Positions 1-7,586 of a stretch of 27,313 nucleotides of DNA are shown here, piece after piece. Source of the stretch: a virus (Duplodnaviria; Caudoviricetes); IMG/VR virus record IMGVR_UViG_3300030376_005399, positions 1 through 27,313 of that record, one strand, 5' to 3'. How positions within the stretch are numbered: the first letter of the stretch is position 1; the number at the start of each line of letters is the position of its first letter. The notes beneath the pieces were generated by a model. It was not told where the DNA came from. It saw only the letters and a program-made list of their open reading frames with translations, and did not search any database. Made by a program: the position numbers and the translations under genes.

Positions 1-2673
1 CGTCACTTTATTGTCGTTCCTTGTGATTTTTGGATTAGATGGTAACCACGGAAGATTATAAAATTGACCGAGTAACTGATTTGCCACGTTAGAGTCATTT
101 GTATTTGCGCTTGTAAATGGTAACCCAGTCACTTGCATCGCGCCACTGGCCCCGCTAGTGTCAACATTGTTAAATCTAATTTGAATGTAACATAGTTTGC
201 CAATTCGAATGTAATTGCCCGTAGCTGTTGGCACACTAGTCGGAGGCGTTGTCGCTGTCAGTGATGCGGTAAATGTTCCCTCTTCGTAGTGGTCAAATTT
301 TGACGATGTACGAGTACCAACAGTTGTGTTAGTCTGATTCGAAATCGTTAAGCCGGTGCAACTTATTTCGCCTGTAAATGCGGCTGAACCGTTTGCATCA
401 AGTGTTATTCTGTCAGTAGTCGATTGATTATCCGCGTTAGCGTTTGTGATTTGTGCGAATCGTAACTCGCCTGTAGCGGTGGAATAAATGACATTGCCTT
501 TTAAACCGCGAGTTTTAAAAGTGTTATTGTTGGTTCCAGCTTCGCACATTAAAGCTAAATGTGGATAGCCACTAGTATTGCTACACCCTAAATTAGAACC
601 GTATCCAGCTCCGTTGATGTGGCCGAAATTAAAAGCGTCTCCGTTTCTGCGAACACTAAGCAACGCACCACCTTGAACCCCATCAGGCCCGATTTGAACC
701 ACTCCCGCCGAGGAAATCGTCAGCCTGTTTGCTCCTCCGGTTTGAAGTGCAAGCGAGTTTGAGGTTGCGTTAATTCGTGAAACTCCAGTGCCAGTTGGGG
801 TTAGGTTAATTCGCGGCCCCATATTCGTGCCGTTACCTTCTACAAGAATAACATCTTCATACCCGCTCTGACCTAAAACATCTAACCTATAGCCGGTATT
901 TGCAGTACGAGCCAAGCCTATCGCGCCCGCCGAATCAATCACCATTCTGGCCGCACCAGTGCCATCATCTGCCGTATAAAACGACATCGTCTTACCCGCA
1001 TCTTCAGCAATCAATTTTAAGTTGCCATCGGTGTGAAGATATCCGTGCTGGTTTCCAGTGTTACGGAGTAAAATGCCTTTAGCAGTGTTTGCTGTTCCGT
1101 CAATTTTTACGGCGAGTCCGTCTTTGTTAATCGTAACGAGTCCAGCCGAATCAATCGCCATCCGCGTTTGACCATTCGTTCCAATCGCAATGCCGTGCGC
1201 ACCGTTCCTAGCTATAACTAAATCATCGTCTCCCGCTCCTGTTAATAATGCACCGGCACTTGAAGCAACTCCTATGTCAGCGGTTGAATTGCCGTTATTT
1301 ATTCTAAGAGCTGGGTTTGTAGCGTCTGATAATTCAAGCAGTCGGCCCGGTGAACCAGTTCCAATACCCGCTTTATCGGCAACAATAGCCCCGTCTGCCG
1401 GAACACCCGCCGCTTGCTGCGAAGTAGTGACCGCAAGACTCCGCATATTGCCTTGTATAATCGGCTGAACTTGCGTCACGCCGCTTGCGCTTGCCGTGCC
1501 ATCCGCTGTGCCGCTTCGGTCTTGAACGGTTCGCGACTGCGCTGGATTAGCAAATGCTAGGTCGTAATCTGTAACGCATCCGACAGCCTCCAATTTGATA
1601 TTATCAAAATGACCAAATTTCCCAGATTCGTTAACTCTAAAAACAATACCCCCCGCAACCCCGTCGCCAATAAACTCGACAACATTGTTATGACTCCAAC
1701 TTGTTGAATTGCTTAAATTAACAAAAGAGCCAGCATCGGTTAATCTATACGACAACGTAGTTGCTGCATCTCCGTTTTTATAACTAAAAGAAAGTCTGTA
1801 TTTTTTACCAAGAGAAGCAGAACCAGCCCATTTAAAGCCAACAAAAACAGAACCGGCCTCAACTTTTAAAGCTGGCTCTGAACCTGAACCACTAGACGAA
1901 TCAATTGTGTACGTCCTAGATGAGCCAATTGGGTTCCAGCCTGTCGGCGCAGTAACGCCAGTAGCTCCCGTCCAAGCTGTTCCAGAATTGGAAGAATTAG
2001 CATTAATTAAATCAGTCTGACTTCCGTACTGGTCTGCAAAATCAACATCAGCACGTTGGTAAGCATTATCTACTTCTGCTTGGGTGAGTGCTTTATTCCA
2101 AGTCCGAAATCTGTAAAGCGAACCGATTAAACCGTCAGTAGACGCTGTTCCGATTCTGCCGGCAGTGGTATTGCCATCACCAATATTTATAGCAGAGAGC
2201 GAACTAATATCAACCGAGGCGACACTGTTGCCATTCTTGTAAAGCGTTGCATTCCCACTTCTGTCGGCAGTTATGACATAATGAGTCGGCTCCCCGAAAT
2301 CACTATTCATATCATAGGCTAAATCTTTTTTCGTGCTTGTTCCACTGTCATTCCTAAAGTCTAAAACTAGGTTATCATCTGAAACATCGTGAAAAATTAG
2401 CAATCTATTATTGCCCGATAAATGCGTGACATAAATATAGCTCTCTGACGCATTTTCTTTCTCTTGGTTAAGGATTAACTCAATTGAGAAATCGCTTGTG
2501 CCAAATTCTGCTCCAGCACTATTGGCTAACTCAATGTTACCCCCGCTCTGCAAGTTTAATCCTTGCCCGTCAGAGCTATTGATTAGCTGGGTAATTCTTT
2601 CGCCCTCTGTGATCGTTTGATCAACGTGGATTGTTGCTCCGTTTAAACCTGATCCTCCTAGTGTAGCTCCCAT
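1..2673 (-). CDS. Tail fibre / receptor-binding protein with LamG-like (concanavalin A) and CBM-like domains, 3'-truncated by the window edge (at least 891 aa)
   Basis: Manual translation from ATG at 2673 (AAAGGA SD upstream) stays open to base 1: MGATLGGSGLNG... It has LamG-type motifs (FGTSDFSIE, HYVITADRSGNATLYKNG, FRTWNKALTQAEV), a CBM-like stretch (GKKYRLSFSYK...FDNIKLE), repeated RMxIDSAG fibre units and the common phage fibre C-terminal motif DHYEEGTFT...GNYIRIGKL...GLPF. It is absent from the ORF track because no stop falls inside the window. Confidence 0.85.
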   Translation of the reverse strand, partial: MGATLGGSGLNGATIHVDQTITEGERITQLINSSDGQGLNLQSGGNIELANSAGAEFGTSDFSIELILNQEKENASESYIYVTHLSGNNRLLIFHDVSDDNLVLDFRNDSGTSTKKDLAYDMNSDFGEPTHYVITADRSGNATLYKNGNSVASVDISSLSAINIGDGNTTAGRIGTASTDGLIGSLYRFRTWNKALTQAEVDNAYQRADVDFADQYGSQTDLINANSSNSGTAWTGATGVTAPTGWNPIGSSRTYTIDSSSGSGSEPALKVEAGSVFVGFKWAGSASLGKKYRLSFSYKNGDAATTLSYRLTDAGSFVNLSNSTSWSHNNVVEFIGDGVAGGIVFRVNESGKFGHFDNIKLEAVGCVTDYDLAFANPAQSRTVQDRSGTADGTASASGVTQVQPIIQGNMRSLAVTTSQQAAGVPADGAIVADKAGIGTGSPGRLLELSDATNPALRINNGNSTADIGVASSAGALLTGAGDDDLVIARNGAHGIAIGTNGQTRMAIDSAGLVTINKDGLAVKIDGTANTAKGILLRNTGNQHGYLHTDGNLKLIAEDAGKTMSFYTADDGTGAARMVIDSAGAIGLARTANTGYRLDVLGQSGYEDVILVEGNGTNMGPRINLTPTGTGVSRINATSNSLALQTGGANRLTISSAGVVQIGPDGVQGGALLSVRRNGDAFNFGHINGAGYGSNLGCSNTSGYPHLALMCEAGTNNNTFKTRGLKGNVIYSTATGELRFAQITNANADNQSTTDRITLDANGSAAFTGEISCTGLTISNQTNTTVGTRTSSKFDHYEEGTFTASLTATTPPTSVPTATGNYIRIGKLCYIQIRFNNVDTSGASGAMQVTGLPFTSANTNDSNVANQLLGQFYNLPWLPSNPKITRNDNKVT

Positions 2674-2693
2674 ATCGTGTTATCCTTTGTTAA

Positions 2694-3074
2694 TTACTCA
2701 AACTCAACCAATGTATAGCCGTTTGTAGCTGGATGAATAGAAACCACTCCAGTGTACCCAGTGACGTTTAAAGTTGAGCCCATTCCTACCACACCTCCGT
2801 TTCCAGCAACTTCAAAATGATAATCAGTTGCCCCTGCTCCAGCTCCTAGTTTGATATACATAGGATTTCTGGTTGTGTTCTGTATCACTAAACTCTTTCG
2901 TATATCATTTGCGCCAATAGACGCTTGGTCAGACTTTAGACCGCTAGCTGAACCTACTGTCTGTGCTGAACCTCCTAAGTTTTTTAATGCTCCTAGCATC
3001 TTATTTTGAACTCGGAGGGGAGAATCTTGGATGGAGTTAGTTGTTCCATCAGAGTAAATTGTGGGATTATTCAT
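2694..3074 (-). CDS. Small virion structural protein (possible decoration or fibre-base protein)
   Basis: 126-aa beta-rich ORF (RKSLVIQN...MYIKLG...YTGVVSI) between the capsid and fibre genes. The function is inferred from position only. Confidence 0.55.
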   Translation of the reverse strand: MNNPTIYSDGTTNSIQDSPLRVQNKMLGALKNLGGSAQTVGSASGLKSDQASIGANDIRKSLVIQNTTRNPMYIKLGAGAGATDYHFEVAGNGGVVGMGSTLNVTGYTGVVSIHPATNGYTLVEFE

Positions 3075-3110
3075 AAAGTTTTTTCTGCTACTTCTACTTA
3101 ATTAAAATTT

Positions 3111-3155
3111 AAAAAAAGCCAGTGACTCGCTCGCTTATTGGAACGAGCCACCAGC
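3111..3155 (-). terminator. Rho-independent terminator after the major capsid gene
   Basis: Minus-strand RNA GCUGGUGGCUCGUUC-CAAUAAGC-GAGCGAGUCACUGGC-UUUUUUU: a 15-bp stem with G-U pairs plus U7, about 15 nt after the capsid stop. Confidence 0.85.
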
Positions 3156-3169
3156 TGAATATTTATCTA

Positions 3170-4444
3170 TTAGCTACTGCAAGCAGTAACGTCAGTAATA
3201 CTTACAGAACCACTTGTTCCACAAGCACGCTTGAAGATAAGTGTCATTCCGTAGTTAGGGAACTCAGGACGCGGAGCGTGTTTGAACTCTGCGAAGTGGC
3301 GACCTAGCTTATCAAGCGGGTCTAAGCAATCCGCGCCAGAGGTTTGGATTTTATTACCACCAGTTACCCATTTCCACTCACCCATATAGGATGTTGGACT
3401 CCAGCTGACCCCTCCAGCTGCATTTACCGGCGGAACAATTTCCGAGGTGTATACATTAGGGTTCAAAACAATCGCAGCCTCATAAGGTGCTGTGGTGTAT
3501 GCTGGATTTAGAACAGCTTTTTTACCTTTAGTCGCAGCTGACATAAGGTATGTAGCAACACGCACATACTTATTTGTGCTAGTGTTGTATGTGAAGCGTG
3601 GTGGTCGTAGGTTAGGAACGTGACGGAAGTTTTTAATCATCCGAGTAGCACCCATACGACTCATAAGTTCAGCAGTTGCTCCTTGCCCAGACTCCGCGTT
3701 ACGGAAGTCTTGTCGTAAATCAGCGTTGTTTAACGCGATTTGCTGGCTAGCTTCCAAGCCGATTAGTAATGGGAAAACAGGACCATCTTCACCATAAGTA
3801 ATGAATCCGTTACTATCTGGGTTAGTTGCCCCACGATCAATTAACTCAACAGCTACTTGATCAAGTAATTGTTGTGTCAGTGTAGAAGTGGAAACTCCCC
3901 CGTCCGAGTTAAATGCAACATCAGTGATGACACTTTCAGTATCAACAATTGTAGCCCCGTTACCCACGGAGAGTTTTGAAGCAAACTTCATATACAACTC
4001 TTCGTATCGTTTTTCCCAGCTGCGTTGGGCTCTCTTGGTCATCTCCTCGATGTAAGCACGAAGGAATGTATCTACGTTGTGATCGTAGATTAGATCGTCT
4101 TTACAAAGAATTGGGCCTTGAAGCGCAAACTCTTCTGGGTTGTAAGTGCGGCTAGTATAGCCCACTTCCACATCGTTAAAGCTGCTAGCGCAAGATCCAC
4201 CAGCTCCGCCAGTGCTTCCTCCGATAACATCATTGTTTACTATTTGAGTCCAAGTCTCTGCGTCAGCAGCTGGTTCGCTATTTTCAATAGCAAACGTAGT
4301 TTTGACGGTTCCAGCACCAGTCTCAAAAGTTCCGCGTGGAATAGCATTAAGCCACACAGAACGGTAAGATGCGTTACGATAAACCTCATCGGCTAAATTT
4401 TCCGTGGCAATCGCAAAAGCATCGAAAACATTTGAACAAGCCAT
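3170..4444 (-). CDS. Major capsid protein
   Basis: 424 aa, downstream of the portal and coiled-coil scaffold, with an AGAAAGGA SD, tandem stops (TAA TAG) and a strong terminator, as expected for a highly expressed capsid gene. The call rests on synteny and size. Confidence 0.8.
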   Translation of the reverse strand: MACSNVFDAFAIATENLADEVYRNASYRSVWLNAIPRGTFETGAGTVKTTFAIENSEPAADAETWTQIVNNDVIGGSTGGAGGSCASSFNDVEVGYTSRTYNPEEFALQGPILCKDDLIYDHNVDTFLRAYIEEMTKRAQRSWEKRYEELYMKFASKLSVGNGATIVDTESVITDVAFNSDGGVSTSTLTQQLLDQVAVELIDRGATNPDSNGFITYGEDGPVFPLLIGLEASQQIALNNADLRQDFRNAESGQGATAELMSRMGATRMIKNFRHVPNLRPPRFTYNTSTNKYVRVATYLMSAATKGKKAVLNPAYTTAPYEAAIVLNPNVYTSEIVPPVNAAGGVSWSPTSYMGEWKWVTGGNKIQTSGADCLDPLDKLGRHFAEFKHAPRPEFPNYGMTLIFKRACGTSGSVSITDVTACSS

Positions 4445-4469
4445 AATATTTTATATTTCCTTTCTAAAA

Positions 4470-4625
4470 AAAATTACAATTTAAGCGTCACACTAATCTT
4501 CCACTCGGAAGAAAGCACATACGCTACTCGCTCGGCTGGCCAACCCGAATATGGCCAAGTGCGATTGCCAATCGCTATAGGGCAAAAGTTGAGTTTAGTT
4601 TATGCGCCTAACTCGAAGCGCAATG
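4470..4625 (-). ncRNA. Putative structured 5' leader of the capsid mRNA (hairpins and two possible H-type pseudoknots)
   Basis: Complementary segments read directly: UGCGC/GCGCA crossed with GAGUUAG/CUAAACUC; GCGAUU/AAUCGC; UGGCCA/UGGCCA crossed with UUCGG/CCGAG; AGCGU..UCUUCC/GGAAGA..ACGCU. Confidence 0.45.
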
Positions 4626-4647
4626 CTGTTGTGCTAGGTTTTAAGAA

Positions 4648-4664
4648 AACCGTCAAACGGTTTG
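4648..4664 (-). promoter_or_regulatory. Putative late promoter or regulator motif CAAACCGTTTGACGGTT upstream of the capsid leader
   Basis: 16/17 identical to CAAACCGTTTGACAGTT at 12040-12056. It contains a -35-like TTGACG and sits just after the scaffold terminator. Confidence 0.5.
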
Positions 4665-4666
4665 TG

Positions 4667-4771
4667 AAAAAAAACGGCAGCTAGCCTACCCGTGGGGGCG
4701 ACCAGCCAGAGGTGCAACTAACGAGGAATGTCGAGACAACTAAAACAACCCCGCCCACGGCCCCATAGCCG
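4667..4771 (-). terminator. Structured element ending in a terminator-like stem plus U8 after the scaffold gene
   Basis: GGUAG-GCUAG-CUGCC followed by G and U8. There are also long-range pairs CCGUGGG/CCCACGG (4754-4760 with 4690-4696) and CGGC/GCCG. Confidence 0.6.
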
Positions 4772-4775
4772 ATAA

Positions 4776-5870
4776 TTATTTTGCACCTCTAATACCAAGG
4801 CTTCTTAATTCTCCAAGGACTTTGTCGCTAAATGAGCTGTTTTGCACTGGCTTTGGCTTACCTGATCCTGTTCCAGCGGCTTCTGGTTCAGCTCCTTTAA
4901 GCTGGTTAAGTTCAGATTGCAGTCTTCTGTTATGCTCAACAAGACCAGCATTTTGTTCCACTAAAGCCCCTCCACTAGCTGCCCAAAGAGCAGCTGTAGC
5001 TGCATCTTCAAAAGAGTTTTGCTCCATTAGTATTCTTTTAGCCAAGTTAACACGTTCTCTCACTCCAGTGTTCCACTCTTCATCACCTTCTCTAATCTGG
5101 TAAATCGGAATATTCTCCTGTGCGCTTTGCAGCATAGTGTCGAAAGACTTGTTAAGAGCTTTGTTTCTTTCCGCTGATTTTGTCTCAGACATTAACTGCT
5201 CTTCCTCCATTAACTTGTCGTAACTAGCCTTAGAGTCAGCTAGCTGGATGTCTCTATCGTGAGAAATCTCGTCAATCCTGCCGACAATACCTTGCAAGTA
5301 CGCTTGCCGAGAAGCAGACAAATCACCAGTAAGCTCATCTAAAGCATTAGCACGAGCTTCGCCAACAGGCATCTTTAAGATTTTGGACAATTGAGCCCTA
5401 TTCTCTTCCCCTACATAGCTTTGAGCCCTCTGGATCTGAGCCTCTATAGGCTTAATGAATTGCTCCTTAAACTTTGGATGCCTTTCCAGACTAGCCAAAC
5501 TCAGCTCTTTACTAACCTCATCAAACTCAGATTTAAGTTTGTCATATCTCTCATCTGTAGAAGTTGCGTCTTTAAGCTCAGAAAGCTGGCTTGTTAAGCT
5601 GTCAATCTTAGACTTTGCCTCATCTCTTTCTTGCTTGATGAGCTTGAAATCTTTTGCACTACGGGATTCTTTCACCTCCTCCGTTGTTGCTTCTGCTGGC
5701 TCTGCTTCAACACTCGCTACTTCTTCTTGAGCTGGTGGGGCTGGGTCACTTGACATCGCTTCTTTAAAAGCATCTGCCATACTTCCGATTTGCTTGTTGG
5801 TTTCCGGCAACAAGCCCGCTTTTCCTTGAACAGCTGCCGGATTAGCTGTCACTGTGTTTTCTTCACTCAT
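4776..5870 (-). CDS. Capsid scaffolding protein
   Basis: 364 aa with an acidic low-complexity N-terminus and long predicted coiled coils (E/K/A/L rich), immediately upstream of the capsid gene. Confidence 0.7.
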   Translation of the reverse strand: MSEENTVTANPAAVQGKAGLLPETNKQIGSMADAFKEAMSSDPAPPAQEEVASVEAEPAEATTEEVKESRSAKDFKLIKQERDEAKSKIDSLTSQLSELKDATSTDERYDKLKSEFDEVSKELSLASLERHPKFKEQFIKPIEAQIQRAQSYVGEENRAQLSKILKMPVGEARANALDELTGDLSASRQAYLQGIVGRIDEISHDRDIQLADSKASYDKLMEEEQLMSETKSAERNKALNKSFDTMLQSAQENIPIYQIREGDEEWNTGVRERVNLAKRILMEQNSFEDAATAALWAASGGALVEQNAGLVEHNRRLQSELNQLKGAEPEAAGTGSGKPKPVQNSSFSDKVLGELRSLGIRGAK

Positions 5871-6144
5871 TGTTATTTGAACTAAATGTCGCTTCAGGTT
5901 CTTTTGGTTGCTCTGGAGACGATTCGCCCAGAGCTTTCAAAATTTTTAAATTATATTCGTATCCTTTTTGCATTCCGTGTGCATACGCATAATCAGTTGC
6001 GCTTGCTCCAAAAGATAAAGGAATGCGAACAAGAGGCATTTCCTCTCTCATCACTTCCATCATCTCTTTGAATGTGGGTTGCTCCATCAGCTTTCTAGCG
6101 TTTGCTACAGCTGATGCCGTTGTTGTCCATTGATTTAGTGTCAT
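5863..6144 (-). CDS. Hypothetical protein of the head module
   Basis: 93-aa helical ORF overlapping both neighbours (ATGA with the upstream gene, 8 bp with the scaffold). Confidence 0.7.
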   Translation of the reverse strand: MTLNQWTTTASAVANARKLMEQPTFKEMMEVMREEMPLVRIPLSFGASATDYAYAHGMQKGYEYNLKILKALGESSPEQPKEPEATFSSNNNE

Positions 6145-6782
6145 ATTTGTCTAGCTGTTCTCATACATTCGATTCTGTTAGTTGTGGTTGTCACTTCGTG
6201 GCTGTAGTGAACAAGGTCTGCGCTTTCCCATCCCTCGCAACCGTACTGTTTAACAAAAGGGGCAATATCAAATAAAAGTTTATGGTTCATTTTTTGCATC
6301 ACAACCATATCACTGGTGTGAGTTTGACCGTTCTGCTCTATAATTACGTCTTCCACGTTGCAAGTTGAGAAACATAAGCAAGCACTTAAAAATCCAGCTG
6401 CTGTTCCACCTACTACTGAAGGAACTACTGCTCCTGTGTTTCCTTGCTCATAGAGCCGAAGCTCTGATTGAGGGTGTCGAGCTTCAAACCCATAATTCAC
6501 TACATCGTAGTCAGACATAAAACCACCACCTTGAGCGGCAACTGCCATCCAGCGTTTGTAGCAAGTCATTTCATATTTTTTAGGGTTAATAGTTGGAAGC
6601 CTACCTACCGCATCAATATACTCATCGTACATTGGGTGCATTTCTGCATCAGCAAGCCCAAGGATGATTGGACACCACCCCCTCTTGGCCCAGCTGGATC
6701 GCCAGTGCTGGATCATAGCTTGTTGACCAGATGACTCCTCAACTTCGTCAATAGGCTCAAAATAAGTAAAAACTTTATACAT
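6141..6782 (-). CDS. Putative glycosyltransferase (GT-A fold, DxD motif, GT32-like)
   Basis: WRSSW...GWCPIIL and CYKRWMAVAAQGGGFMSDYDV resemble the R-x6-GG-x2-DxD pattern of DxD sugar-binding glycosyltransferases. There is also a C-terminal LVHYSH. Confidence 0.6.
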   Translation of the reverse strand: MYKVFTYFEPIDEVEESSGQQAMIQHWRSSWAKRGWCPIILGLADAEMHPMYDEYIDAVGRLPTINPKKYEMTCYKRWMAVAAQGGGFMSDYDVVNYGFEARHPQSELRLYEQGNTGAVVPSVVGGTAAGFLSACLCFSTCNVEDVIIEQNGQTHTSDMVVMQKMNHKLLFDIAPFVKQYGCEGWESADLVHYSHEVTTTTNRIECMRTARQI

Positions 6783-6783
6783 A

Positions 6784-7557
6784 CTAAGATTTCCTCCGCT
6801 TTACCTTCATTGGTTTTTGGTTGTTTTTAGTTCCCCTCCTAATCCGCAGTTGATCAACTAATGATCCGTCTTTGCATCTGTGGAAAATTGAAGCCTCAAA
6901 ATCAACAACTGCATCGACAACTTTTTGATTAGGAAAGCTGGGAACAATGCCGCCACTTTTAACTATTCTGTTCATTCCATCAATTTCCCAGACATTCATA
7001 ATCAAACTGGAATGTCTTGCATTCTGAACGCATCCGTCAGCTCCAGCCACATCCCAAGCGAGCCCTTCTGGGGGAATCATCATACCTATTGAATACTCGT
7101 GAAGATTGTGAGGATAAACAGCTACACCATTAAGGTGCATTGATGTGGGGCTAAACGCGCCGTGAACAATGTGTCCCATAAAAGGTTTTCCGCATCCTTT
7201 GTAATCATCAACTATATCGTGTATCCACTTCTCGCGAATAGGAACCGCATCTGGCTCCCAAAAGAAAAACGGTTGCTTGTGATTGTGGATAATTTCCCAA
7301 GCAATAGTCTGGAATGCGTAGTTTTGCGGGTTAGGCCAATGAGGGTTTCCCATCCACTGACCGTACTTTAAATGATGGACTTTTTTAAAAGTATGACGAG
7401 AAACCTCATCAATGTTTTTAACTTCTTTTTCTGGAACGTCCGTGTCGTAAGCAAGTAGAACTTCAAAAGGTAAAGTACCCTCAAGCTCGTGCGCCCAAGT
7501 GACGTTTTTCCACGCGGATTTACAGTCCTTTATGCAAAAAGGAATTACTAATAACAT
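6784..7557 (-). CDS. Putative glycosyltransferase-like protein (GT-A fold, EPD motif)
   Basis: N-terminal LLVIPF strand, FFFWEPDAVPIREKW (a DxD-like ExD after a hydrophobic strand), HLNGVAVY, AWDV, and a late IFHRCK His, which fit a GT-A layout. Confidence 0.5.
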   Translation of the reverse strand: MLLVIPFCIKDCKSAWKNVTWAHELEGTLPFEVLLAYDTDVPEKEVKNIDEVSRHTFKKVHHLKYGQWMGNPHWPNPQNYAFQTIAWEIIHNHKQPFFFWEPDAVPIREKWIHDIVDDYKGCGKPFMGHIVHGAFSPTSMHLNGVAVYPHNLHEYSIGMMIPPEGLAWDVAGADGCVQNARHSSLIMNVWEIDGMNRIVKSGGIVPSFPNQKVVDAVVDFEASIFHRCKDGSLVDQLRIRRGTKNNQKPMKVKRRKS

Positions 7558-7586
7558 TTGTTGTCTCTCTTGTTTTTATTTTTGTG

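Noticed and set aside
900-1468. Plus-strand ORFs 900..1082 and 1190..1468
   Set aside because: They are antisense shadows of the long minus-strand fibre gene.
4525-4560. HDV-like (theta) ribozyme in the capsid leader
   Set aside because: P1- and P2-like crossing helices exist, but only 2 nt lie where P3/L3 is needed, and no P1.1 or P4/J4-2 arrangement is evident.
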